From the NCBI GenBank assembly GCA_029974015.1, contig JARKUF010000014.1, positions 217 to 64,216 of the forward strand: 64,000 nucleotides of DNA, written 5' to 3'. How positions within the stretch are numbered: the first letter of the stretch is position 1; each line of letters opens with the position of its first letter. The translations under genes and the position numbers were made by a program. The notes beneath the pieces were generated by a model that saw only the letters and a list, made by a program, of their open reading frames with translations, searched no databases and had not been told where the DNA came from. This document shows positions 36,122 through 44,870 of this stretch, piece by piece. The stretch comes from Spirochaetota bacterium. GTDB taxonomy: Bacteria; Spirochaetota; UBA4802; JAGODF01.

Positions 36122-36127
36122 CGAAAC

Positions 36128-37111
36128 TCAGGTAAAAAACTTTCCCATGTCCGACACGGCCCTCCGACAAGTTTCCTCGAAATCGTATTTGGATTTGTAG
36201 CCGGAAGCGTTCTTGTGCCCCCCACCCCCGTTCTCTATGGCGATCTCCCCCACGTCATAATCCCCCTTGGTGCGCATACTAACCTTCACGGGACCTTCGC
36301 CGTCGCTTTTCACCAGGATGCTTGAAACGACACCCTTTATCGTAAGGGGAAGGTTGATGTTCATCTCCCCTTCCTCATAGGGGGCGCCGCTTTTTTTCAG
36401 CATGTCCGGGGTGAGTTTCATTAAAATCAACTTGCCTCCGTAATGGATTTCCATGGAAGCCAGCATGAGGGCCCGGAGTTCGAAGCTGGACAGTGAATTA
36501 TTTTCGTATATTTTTTCGTATATCTTGAAGGGACTGGCGCCAGCCTCGACGAGACGGGCGATGATCCTGAAAGTTTTTGAAGAAGTTTTAGGATAACGGA
36601 AGGAACCGGTATCGAAAAGTATGCCCGCATAAAGCGCCTGGGCCGCCTTGAAACTCGGCGAAAATCCGAAGTGTTCCAAAATATCGTACATAATCTCGCA
36701 GACCGATGACGCTTCCGCCTTGATGAAATTCGCTTCAAACTTGTCTTTCCCTCCTTCGTGGTGGTCAATGATGAAATAGTCTTTTACAAGCCCCCCGAGA
36801 TGTCCATAGGCGGCCCCCATATTGTTAAGGTCGTTTGTGTCCAGAACAAAGAGGGCAAAGTCTCGAGGATCTCCGGGGAAAACAAAATTGTCATCGAACA
36901 CGAAAATCTCATCATCCATATCAATAAAGGCGAATTTTTCAGGAACGGGATCGGAATTCACGATGAGGGCTGACTTCCCTATACCCCGAAGGAGCTCCAG
37001 GAAGGCTATTTCCGCGCCAAGGCCGTCTCCGTCGGGGCTTTCATGGGTGGAAATGATGAACCTGTCGTATCTGCCAAGAAACTCGGTGAGCTTTTCAAGC
37101 CCTGATTTCAT
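36128..37111 (-). CDS. nrnA: DHH family phosphoesterase (NrnA-like oligoribonuclease/pAp phosphatase)
   Basis: 327 aa. DHH motifs FIISTHESPDGDGLGA and FIIDHHEGG, plus a DHHA1-like C-terminus GGGHKNASG. Confidence 0.8.
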   Translation of the reverse strand: MKSGLEKLTEFLGRYDRFIISTHESPDGDGLGAEIAFLELLRGIGKSALIVNSDPVPEKFAFIDMDDEIFVFDDNFVFPGDPRDFALFVLDTNDLNNMGAAYGHLGGLVKDYFIIDHHEGGKDKFEANFIKAEASSVCEIMYDILEHFGFSPSFKAAQALYAGILFDTGSFRYPKTSSKTFRIIARLVEAGASPFKIYEKIYENNSLSSFELRALMLASMEIHYGGKLILMKLTPDMLKKSGAPYEEGEMNINLPLTIKGVVSSILVKSDGEGPVKVSMRTKGDYDVGEIAIENGGGGHKNASGYKSKYDFEETCRRAVSDMGKFFT

Positions 37112-37114
37112 ACG

Positions 37115-38095
37115 TTACCCTGCCGATGAGGCCGTTTTATTTAACAGGGGAAACCCCATTTCCTCTCGTATGGATAGATATTGTTCGGCCGCCTTTCGGG
37201 CCATGGTGCGAACCCGGGCGATATATCCGACCCGCTCGGTAACTGAAATCGCACTCCGGGCATCGAGCATGTTGAAAACATGGGAACATTTCAGCACGTA
37301 ATCGTATGCGGGCAATATGAGTTTCACGGGTTGGTAATCCAAGATAGCGTGGAACTCCTTTTCGTACATATCGAAGAGCTTAAAGAGAAGATCCGTGTCG
37401 GCGACATTGAAGTTGTAATGGGAAAATTCGAACTCGCTGCGGTGATGAACATCGCGATAGGTTATGGTGTCGTTCCATTTAACATCGAACACGTTGTCGA
37501 CTCCCTGGATGTACATGCAGAGGCGCTCAATACCATAGGTGAGCTCAACGGATATCGGGTGAAGGTCAATGCTGCCGCATTGCTGAAAGTAGGTAAATTG
37601 CGTGACCTCCATGCCATCGAGCCAGACTTCCCATCCAAGACCGGCGGCCCCGAGGGTCGGGGATTCCCAGTCGTCCTCTACGAAGCGGACATCATGCTCC
37701 TCAAGGTTGATTCCGATGTGGCGCAGGGAATCAAGATAGAGGTCCTGGATATCCGGAGGTGATGGTTTCATTATCACCTGGTATTGGTAATAATGCTGAA
37801 GTCTATTGGGATTTGCGCCGTACCGTCCGTCCGTGGGACGCCTTGATGGTTCCACGTAGGCCACGTTCCACGGCTCCGGACCAAGGCATCGCAGGAATGT
37901 CGCGGGGTTAAATGTGCCGGCTCCGACTTCGAGATCGTAACCCATGATGACCAGGCAACCACGGGAGGCCCAGAAATCATGAAGCCGTGCGATTATCTCC
38001 TGGAAGGTGGGGGCTTGACGGCTGACCATGTCGATTCTCTCTTGCTTTTGGATTAAGCGAAACTTTACACAATTACGCACACTCCCTTTTGTCAA
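37115..38095 (-). CDS. glyQ: Glycine--tRNA ligase alpha subunit
   Basis: 326 aa. N-terminus [83 protein letters not shown] is highly conserved GlyQ sequence. Confidence 0.9.
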   Translation of the reverse strand: MTKGSVRNCVKFRLIQKQERIDMVSRQAPTFQEIIARLHDFWASRGCLVIMGYDLEVGAGTFNPATFLRCLGPEPWNVAYVEPSRRPTDGRYGANPNRLQHYYQYQVIMKPSPPDIQDLYLDSLRHIGINLEEHDVRFVEDDWESPTLGAAGLGWEVWLDGMEVTQFTYFQQCGSIDLHPISVELTYGIERLCMYIQGVDNVFDVKWNDTITYRDVHHRSEFEFSHYNFNVADTDLLFKLFDMYEKEFHAILDYQPVKLILPAYDYVLKCSHVFNMLDARSAISVTERVGYIARVRTMARKAAEQYLSIREEMGFPLLNKTASSAG

Positions 38096-38288
38096 GAATT
38101 ATTCACGCGCTGGTTAAAGGGCGCCGGTAAAAGGGAAGCAGGGATATTTGCCGGATAAATCAAAGTTGCAGGCCTGAAACGGTTTGAGATTGAAATGGTT
38201 TTTCTCATTCCGCGAAGCCGGTGTCCGGGGAGGAAACCATATAGAAATTGCCAGCAGCACAACTCCGGAGAATTCCGCCTGATGGCGT

Positions 38289-39791
38289 TTAGTGGATTTC
38301 CTGGGATTGGACTTCATACGCCTGCTTCAGCATATTGTGCAGGGCCATGAATTCTTCGCGGCGTGCAATTTGAAAATACTCTAAAACGTCTTCGTCGAGC
38401 ACCTCGTATTTAATTCTGTTCATCTCTATGTCCAGGAGGACCGTGGAAAGATATACTATGTATATCAGGTCGCGGTATTGTTCAGGGGCCAAATGCGGTC
38501 TCTTATGATACTCAATTGTATTGACCAGGGCCTCGTTAAAACCCCACTTTTTCAGTATCATGCTTCCCAGGGTGCTGTGGCTGATGCCAAGGCTCATTTC
38601 CTCAAGGACCCCCGAGTCACCGATGCCTTTTATGCCCACGAGGCCCTTTATTTTCTCCGAAATTTCAGGCTTGATGGACAGAATTACAAGCCTGCCGATT
38701 TCCGACAGGAGGGCGGCAAGATACACGAATTCGACGAGCCTCACTTTTTTATATTGGATGGCGATGCGCTGGGAGTAAAAAGCCGCCCTGTGGGAATGTT
38801 TCCACATTGCCTCGAACTTTTTATAGCGTGATTCCATTATCTTCTGGACCCCGCTTGCCACAATGAGGGTGTTGATCCCTTTCATCCCGATTTTCAACAC
38901 CGCTTCCTCTATGGTCTCAACCCTGTTGATGGTCATGTAACCGGCTGAGTTTGCGATTTTCAGTATGTTTGTAGTCAAACCCGGATCGCGTTTTATACGA
39001 TCGGATATCTCTTTTATTTTTGTTTCAGGATTGAAACAAAGCCTCTGAATTTCCTTGATGTGGGCCGGAAAAGAAGGGAGGCTTTCAATTTCATTCGTTA
39101 TTTCGCCGGCCACAAGCGTTTGTCGTTCCTTGAGGATATGGTCGACAGGAATGGTGACGGTGGCAACGGTAAGCTTCTCACGGCGCATAATTTTGACCGG
39201 ATTAGCCGGGAAACCGGAGTTTTTAAAAAGCATGGTGGCCACGATTAGGCCGAGGCCGGCCCCCTCGGAATCATCCAGGGCGTCGTCGAAGGCTTCGTAG
39301 ATATTGTTGTAGGTATTTGCTTGTTTTATCCGTGCGTTTATTTTTTGAAGCTCGACATCCAGGATGGGAGAATTGTTGATCACATGGATGATGAAATTAC
39401 CGTTGCGGAAGATGAAGGAGGCCCTGACAACCAGCTTGGCCGTTGCGAGCCCGTCAAAGTCGACCAACCGCTTCTCATAGGCCTCCTCCTTAAATTTTTT
39501 CATGCCGAGCTTATAGCTTTCCCGATCATTGATATCGAGTTTCTTCTCGAAAAAATAGAGCCGTTTCATGTTGGCCTTGACGGCATTATTGACCAACTCC
39601 CTGAGAACAGTTAGGAGAATGTCTTTTATGTAGAGGATGTCGTACTGTTCAAGAAAACGGTGAAGTATTTTCGTCAGGAGCGATTCGACTTCGGGGGTTA
39701 CATGGTAAAATTGGAGATAGACGTCCATCCCTTCCTTGATGGATTCCCGGTAAGAAGGTGGATTGATTATAAACGATTCCCTTTTATTCAC
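38289..39791 (-). CDS. HDOD domain signalling protein with N-terminal GHKL-ATPase-like region
   Basis: 500 aa. N-terminal LRELVNNAVKAN ... EGAGLGLIVATMLF (HATPase-like N and G boxes). C-terminal HDOD pattern (LPSFPAHIKEIQRLCFNPETKIKEISDRIKRDPGLTTNILKIANSAGY...). Confidence 0.65.
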   Translation of the reverse strand: MNKRESFIINPPSYRESIKEGMDVYLQFYHVTPEVESLLTKILHRFLEQYDILYIKDILLTVLRELVNNAVKANMKRLYFFEKKLDINDRESYKLGMKKFKEEAYEKRLVDFDGLATAKLVVRASFIFRNGNFIIHVINNSPILDVELQKINARIKQANTYNNIYEAFDDALDDSEGAGLGLIVATMLFKNSGFPANPVKIMRREKLTVATVTIPVDHILKERQTLVAGEITNEIESLPSFPAHIKEIQRLCFNPETKIKEISDRIKRDPGLTTNILKIANSAGYMTINRVETIEEAVLKIGMKGINTLIVASGVQKIMESRYKKFEAMWKHSHRAAFYSQRIAIQYKKVRLVEFVYLAALLSEIGRLVILSIKPEISEKIKGLVGIKGIGDSGVLEEMSLGISHSTLGSMILKKWGFNEALVNTIEYHKRPHLAPEQYRDLIYIVYLSTVLLDIEMNRIKYEVLDEDVLEYFQIARREEFMALHNMLKQAYEVQSQEIH

Positions 39792-39894
39792 TGTCGCTTG
39801 CTTCCCCGCTAATTACGCCGCTTTTTTTTGTTTTGCCGCTTGTGTAGCATGTCGACCTTGGATTTTCGCCAGATTTATCGAGCGTATCAACAGA

Positions 39895-42810
39895 TCACAA
39901 AAAATCAAACCATTTATTATGATTTTTCAGAGCTCCCTCGATAACCGTGGCGACACCGAAAAAGACCTGGCTTTCTCCCATGGGGCCAAATCCCCTTGCA
40001 GCGCCGATATATCCGGTAATATCTAGATAATATCCCAGGGTGGTTCTCATGTGGAGTTCTACTCCTGCGGACGACCTAAACCCGCCGGAGGCATTAGATC
40101 CGGACCACACGTTTCCATATTCGAAAAAAAGGGCGCCCCAAAGGTCTCGAAACATGAGAGGATAGGTATTGTGGCCCACATCGGCTTGCAACAGAGGGAC
40201 GCGGTATTCTGTTGCAGCGACGGCAAGGCGCGTTCCATAGAGCCCTCCTGCGGGATAGCCCCTCATCCCGAAAGAGTCCTCATCCTGTGGAACACCGCCC
40301 GATCTGCCTTTTTCATAACGCCCAAGGCTATATGGCGCAAGATGATCCGGTGCCCCGACGGAAATTCCGCCGCGCAGCCGAAGCAGGATGATATTGTTTC
40401 GCCAGGGGCCGGACACAAACTCCGAGTATTCGCCCCGTGTTTTGTGGAAAGCGTAATCTGAACCGAGGTTTTCACGGTAATTATCGTGGATAATAAACAA
40501 AGACCTTCCATCTTCCTTGCTTATGGAAAAGGGATATTCCCGCGTGCTGTCATGATACAAAGCCAGACGGGCATAGCCCAGGGAATCATGGTGCGTTGCA
40601 ACAGGGTGGCCCGGAAGGAAGATATCGGTCCTGGCAGTTTCCCTTTCCCAGGCGAGAATGAACACATCCCTTGTAATGAAACGAAGGAAAGGAACGGCAA
40701 TTCCCAGGGCGAGGTTGCGTTTCAGTTTTCTTCTCGTTTCTGTGGAATTTTCCCCCTCCCAGGGGAAGAGGTCATCTCCCCAAAAGAGCGTATCATCCCT
40801 GTATGCTGCAAGGACATCTGGATAAAACGGCGATATCATGAGGGTGGCGTCAACCGCGGCCCTCTCCTGAAAAGCATATACATAAGCCAACAACGAATAC
40901 TGGTATTGGTAGAGGGTATCGCTCCCCATGGTTGTAAAACCGAAGGCATTGTCGGTTTTACCTTCGTATGCTTTTTCCGTGAAATACACGGGGATCCAGA
41001 ATGAAGGCAGCACGCTAAACCATGGCCTATAGGAGCGAGCTGAAAGCTCTCGGGTTGTTTCCCGGGGCGTCGGGGTGAAATATTCACCGGGAAGAGGAAG
41101 GACAGCGTGCACCGGCTCTTCAGCCCCGGATGCCGGGTAATCGATGAGCGCTATGTCGAATCCCCCAGCTCCATAATTGGAAAAAGCGATCGTGCGGCCC
41201 GAGGGAGATACATCCGGCGAGACCGCCCCGCCAATAAGGTTGGTTAGGCGTCGGACCGTATTTCGGCCTTCATGCCATTCATAGAGATTGTAGACCCCGG
41301 TCCTGTCGGAAGAAAAAACCAGGCGTTTTCCATCGGGATACCAGGAAGGATGCAGGAGATTTTCGTTGCAGGTAAAAATTTTCAATGTGGTTTTGTCCCC
41401 GATGTTGTGAATAGCGATATTGGATTTCCCATCCCTGTCCTTATATGTAAAGGCGATGCGCGTGCTGTCGGGAGATATTCGGGGATGGGCCACCTGGATG
41501 TCGGTCCCTTCAATGATCGGCCTGGCTTTTCCAGACACGATATCTTCAAGCATAAGCCAGTAACTGTCCCGTTCCTGCTTCACGTAAATCAGGCTTTTAC
41601 CGTCGGCTCCTACGTCTACCTGGAGGGCCCGCCGCCTCCAGGTCCTCCGTTTATATGAGCCGCTGTAGCTAAAAATATCGTAATATTGAGAATGGTTCCT
41701 GTACAATTCAAGGTCTGAAAGATAGGCGCTGCCGTCCCCAGCAATGGAGAGACTGCCGGGATAATGCACCTGGCACAGATTTTTGGCCACCTTCGTCTCG
41801 AAGGAGTATTTCATCAGGGTCGGGGCGCCGTAGGGAGTCGATTTCACCCAGAAGAGGGAGTTCCCGTCCGGGTGGAAGCGCGGAAACATAGTCCTGTAGC
41901 CGGACTTTGTGACAGACATGAACTCGGTGATATTTGCGTTTTTTATAGAATCAATTTGCTTTTTATATTTCAAACTCACGCTCTTTTTCCACTCCAGCCA
42001 GAGGCCTGGAAAATCTTTCCTGTAAACCTGATTTGCATTATAGTTTACAAAATACGGAAGAATGTTGTCGCTGTTCTCCTGCATGACCCTGGAAAAACTG
42101 TCCCGCCCGTAATGCGCCTCGAGGTGTTCGATAAACAGGCCGCCGTACAAATAGGGTACGGAACCGCCGGGCCATTTTCGGGGATAATGGGAAGCTACGT
42201 CTATCTCCGGGAAGCCCCCCGATGCGATTTCGCTGCGCAAAATCATGTCGGTCCAGGTGCTGTTGTTTCTTCCATATCTGGAATCACGTGATTCATGGTA
42301 GACGGCGTTTCCCTCTATCTGCCAGATGGGGAGGAACATATTGGGGAAACAGCATCTTCCCACAGTGTACCGGGACATGGCGGGTAGGCCTCCGATGGTG
42401 TCCAGGTTAAGGATATGCGTGTATTCGTGGGTAAACACGAGGGTAAGCCAGTCGTCATAATTATTTAGAACGCCGTCAGGCTCAGGGCGGGAAACGTATA
42501 TCTGGACCCTATTATAAGGAAAGGGCTGGGCAAAACCATTGCTCAAATCCATCGAGTCCACGAGGACAATATCGGTTCGGAGATATGGCTCCCATCCTAT
42601 ATCCCGCGCCAGACGTCGGTGGACTTCTTCGGCAATGACGGTCATTCTGCCAGCAGCCTCTTCAAGTCCCCGGGGGTAATGGACCCAAAAATGGTCAGTG
42701 CGTATCGACATCCATTGAAGATCGGGATCAAACATTATCGAAGCTTCGGAAGGCGCCGCGAGAAACAGAATAAAAATTTGGATGATAAAAAGATGCAAAC
42801 CGCGTTTCAT
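39895..42810 (-). CDS. Secreted multi-domain protein: HExxH peptidase-like N-domain + TolB-like PD40 beta-propeller + C-terminal Omp85-family (Bac_surface_Ag) beta-barrel
   Basis: 971 aa with a signal peptide. Contains HEYTHILNLD (HExxH). PD40 repeats (ISPDSTRIAFTYKDRDGKSNIAI...WYPDGKRLVFSSDRTG...VSPDVSPSGRTIAFS). The C-terminus FGMRGYPAGGLYGTRLAVAATEYRVPL...LWGALFFEYGNVWSG...GFRSSAGVELHMRT...VFFGVATV...KWFDFL matches the Omp85 barrel end. Confidence 0.6.
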   Translation of the reverse strand: MKRGLHLFIIQIFILFLAAPSEASIMFDPDLQWMSIRTDHFWVHYPRGLEEAAGRMTVIAEEVHRRLARDIGWEPYLRTDIVLVDSMDLSNGFAQPFPYNRVQIYVSRPEPDGVLNNYDDWLTLVFTHEYTHILNLDTIGGLPAMSRYTVGRCCFPNMFLPIWQIEGNAVYHESRDSRYGRNNSTWTDMILRSEIASGGFPEIDVASHYPRKWPGGSVPYLYGGLFIEHLEAHYGRDSFSRVMQENSDNILPYFVNYNANQVYRKDFPGLWLEWKKSVSLKYKKQIDSIKNANITEFMSVTKSGYRTMFPRFHPDGNSLFWVKSTPYGAPTLMKYSFETKVAKNLCQVHYPGSLSIAGDGSAYLSDLELYRNHSQYYDIFSYSGSYKRRTWRRRALQVDVGADGKSLIYVKQERDSYWLMLEDIVSGKARPIIEGTDIQVAHPRISPDSTRIAFTYKDRDGKSNIAIHNIGDKTTLKIFTCNENLLHPSWYPDGKRLVFSSDRTGVYNLYEWHEGRNTVRRLTNLIGGAVSPDVSPSGRTIAFSNYGAGGFDIALIDYPASGAEEPVHAVLPLPGEYFTPTPRETTRELSARSYRPWFSVLPSFWIPVYFTEKAYEGKTDNAFGFTTMGSDTLYQYQYSLLAYVYAFQERAAVDATLMISPFYPDVLAAYRDDTLFWGDDLFPWEGENSTETRRKLKRNLALGIAVPFLRFITRDVFILAWERETARTDIFLPGHPVATHHDSLGYARLALYHDSTREYPFSISKEDGRSLFIIHDNYRENLGSDYAFHKTRGEYSEFVSGPWRNNIILLRLRGGISVGAPDHLAPYSLGRYEKGRSGGVPQDEDSFGMRGYPAGGLYGTRLAVAATEYRVPLLQADVGHNTYPLMFRDLWGALFFEYGNVWSGSNASGGFRSSAGVELHMRTTLGYYLDITGYIGAARGFGPMGESQVFFGVATVIEGALKNHNKWFDFL

Positions 42811-42837
42811 ACGTAAAAAGCCCCAAGATGAGTATAT

Positions 42838-43075
42838 GCAACCTCTTAAAATCAGGTTTTTCCGACCGCCGAGGGCGGACGGAAAAACCTAAGGACAGTC
42901 ACAAAAACTTTGTTTACCCGCCCGCCTTCGGCGGGCAGGTAAACCTGAGTCCTGAGTATGTCAGCAGCTACAATTCATAAGACCTCTAAAAATTTATTTT
43001 TTTGAGGTCTCACATGAGTTTTTGTGGCTACCCCTAATTATTAGAGGTTGCCATAATTGAATTTTGGAGGTTCCC
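42838..43075. repeat. Largest modular hairpin repeat cluster (copy R11)
   Basis: gcaacctcttaaaatcagg; hairpin tttttccgaccgccGAGggcggacggaaaaa; cctaaggacagtcacaaaaactttg; hairpin tttacccgcccgccTTCGgcgggcaggtaaa; cctgagtcctgagtatgtcagcagctacaattcataag; palindrome gacctctaaaaatttatttttttgaggtc; tcacatgagtttttgtggctacccctaattattagaggttgcc; ataattgaattttggaggttccc. Confidence 0.9.
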
Positions 43076-43298
43076 GTTTGTTTGTCAAAACAATATTGTA
43101 AAGAAAACAAAGAGTAATGCAACTCTTTTCGAGGCCGCCTCAGGGATGTATGGCGAATGTTTACGTCCAGATGTTCTTTTACGGAAAAAACGGGTAACGA
43201 ATATTTCCCTAAAACCTATTATTTGTTATTTACAAAAAGGGGCCTCATGAATAGATCATCTGTTTAGTGATGTACCCCCATTTTTTCAGGAGCCTACG

Positions 43299-44864
43299 AT
43301 GAAAGTACTGCTTATAAACCCGCCATATCCATTTGAGGAATCCCCCACCCCGCCATTTGGCATCATGTCTCTTGCGGCATTCATAAGGGAAAAGGGGATA
43401 GAGGTATCGATAGAGGACTACATCATCGCCCCTTATACCCGCGAAAGGGCCAAAAGGGTGGTCGAAGATTTCCGCCCAGATATCATCGGAGCTACGGGCG
43501 TTACGATGAATATAAAGCGATCACTTGAAATATTGGAAGATTATAAGGCGGTCGCGCCCATGTCTTTCACCGTACTGGGAGGCCCCCATGTGACATTCGA
43601 CGCAGAAGATATTTTGGGACGCAATCCGTTTGTTGACGGCGTTGTTCGCGGAGAAGGAGAACTCACGCTTTTGGAGCTAACCGAGTCCCTCGGCAGGAAA
43701 GAAGACCTCAGCGGGATACTCGGAATGAGCTACCGTTCCGGCGGCTCCATCGTCCATAACCAAACGCGGCCTTTCATCGAGGACATCAACATACTCCCCT
43801 ACCCGGCCCGCGATCTTGTTGAGCTGAACAAGTACAAGGCCATGGGCTTTCCAATCAATATGGTGACCTCCCGGGGATGTCCCCATAAATGCATTTTCTG
43901 CGTAGGCAGCAAAATGGTGGGACGCAAGGTGAGGTATTTCGACGTCAAGAGGGTTGTCGACGAATTTGAGATGCTGTCGAAGATGGGATTCAACCAAATT
44001 AACATCGTGGACGATCTCTTCACCTCCCATAAAAACAGGTGCATAGCCATATGCGATGAAATTGTCAAACGCGGCATCGAACATCCCTGGACCGCCTTCG
44101 CAAGGGTCGATACGGTGTCAAAAGACCTACTCACGGCCATGAAAAAGGCCGGATGCTCAATGCTCTGTTTCGGCATAGAGAGTGGCAATCAGGAAATTCT
44201 CGACACGATTAAAAAAAAGATTACCTTGGAGAAATGCCGCCAGGCGGTGGACCTCTGCAATGAAACCGGTATCGCCCCCATGGCGTCGTACATACTCGGC
44301 CTGCCTGGCGAAACGGCCGAAACGATCCGAACCACCATGGATTTCGCCCGCTCCCTGACCCCACATTATGGATACCACATCCTTGCTCCTTTCCCCGGTA
44401 CGGAGGTGCGGGAGATGTGCGACCTGTATGGATTGCGGATTTTGACCAGCGACTGGGACCGCTACGACGCGAACCAGTGCGTCGCCGATACAGGGCTGGT
44501 ACCGTACCAGGAGATTGACGAAATCGTTGCCGAATTCAATGCCGGGATAAAACGTTATGTCGAAAGCGCCATAAGGAGAAAGGAAGCAGGCGAATCCCTG
44601 TCTCCGAGCGACGAAGACATGATAAAGAAGCTTTCCTCCTTTTTTGTGGTGAAAGACATCATCATGAAAGAGCTCGTTGAATCGTACCGGGGCCTTAACG
44701 GTGGCGCCGGGAAAAATGAAATACTTGACGATTTCTCGGCCTATGTTTCCTCCAGCACCGGCCATCCCGGCGGCATCACCAGGGAAATTATCGAAAATCT
44801 GGTGGGGATGAAGGCCCTGGCCCTTTCGGAAAAAGAGGGGGCCGCCCGCGTTACCTGGAACTGA
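43299..44864 (+). CDS. B12-binding domain radical SAM protein
   Basis: 521 aa. N-terminal B12-binding-like Rossmann region (MKVLLINPPYP...). Radical SAM CxxxCxxC (SRGCPHKCIFC). Confidence 0.8.
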   Translation: MKVLLINPPYPFEESPTPPFGIMSLAAFIREKGIEVSIEDYIIAPYTRERAKRVVEDFRPDIIGATGVTMNIKRSLEILEDYKAVAPMSFTVLGGPHVTFDAEDILGRNPFVDGVVRGEGELTLLELTESLGRKEDLSGILGMSYRSGGSIVHNQTRPFIEDINILPYPARDLVELNKYKAMGFPINMVTSRGCPHKCIFCVGSKMVGRKVRYFDVKRVVDEFEMLSKMGFNQINIVDDLFTSHKNRCIAICDEIVKRGIEHPWTAFARVDTVSKDLLTAMKKAGCSMLCFGIESGNQEILDTIKKKITLEKCRQAVDLCNETGIAPMASYILGLPGETAETIRTTMDFARSLTPHYGYHILAPFPGTEVREMCDLYGLRILTSDWDRYDANQCVADTGLVPYQEIDEIVAEFNAGIKRYVESAIRRKEAGESLSPSDEDMIKKLSSFFVVKDIIMKELVESYRGLNGGAGKNEILDDFSAYVSSSTGHPGGITREIIENLVGMKALALSEKEGAARVTWN

Positions 44865-44870
44865 AGGGCC

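Noticed and set aside
38114-38317. 67-aa ORF between glyQ and the HDOD gene
   Set aside because: No RBS, a proline/charge-rich translation, and it overlaps the HDOD gene's 3' end. It is probably a non-coding intergenic region.
43677-44765. Minus-strand ORFs (43677..44084, 43799..44188, 44157..44765) within the radical SAM gene
   Set aside because: These are antisense to a gene with clear B12-binding and CxxxCxxC motifs, and their translations lack features.
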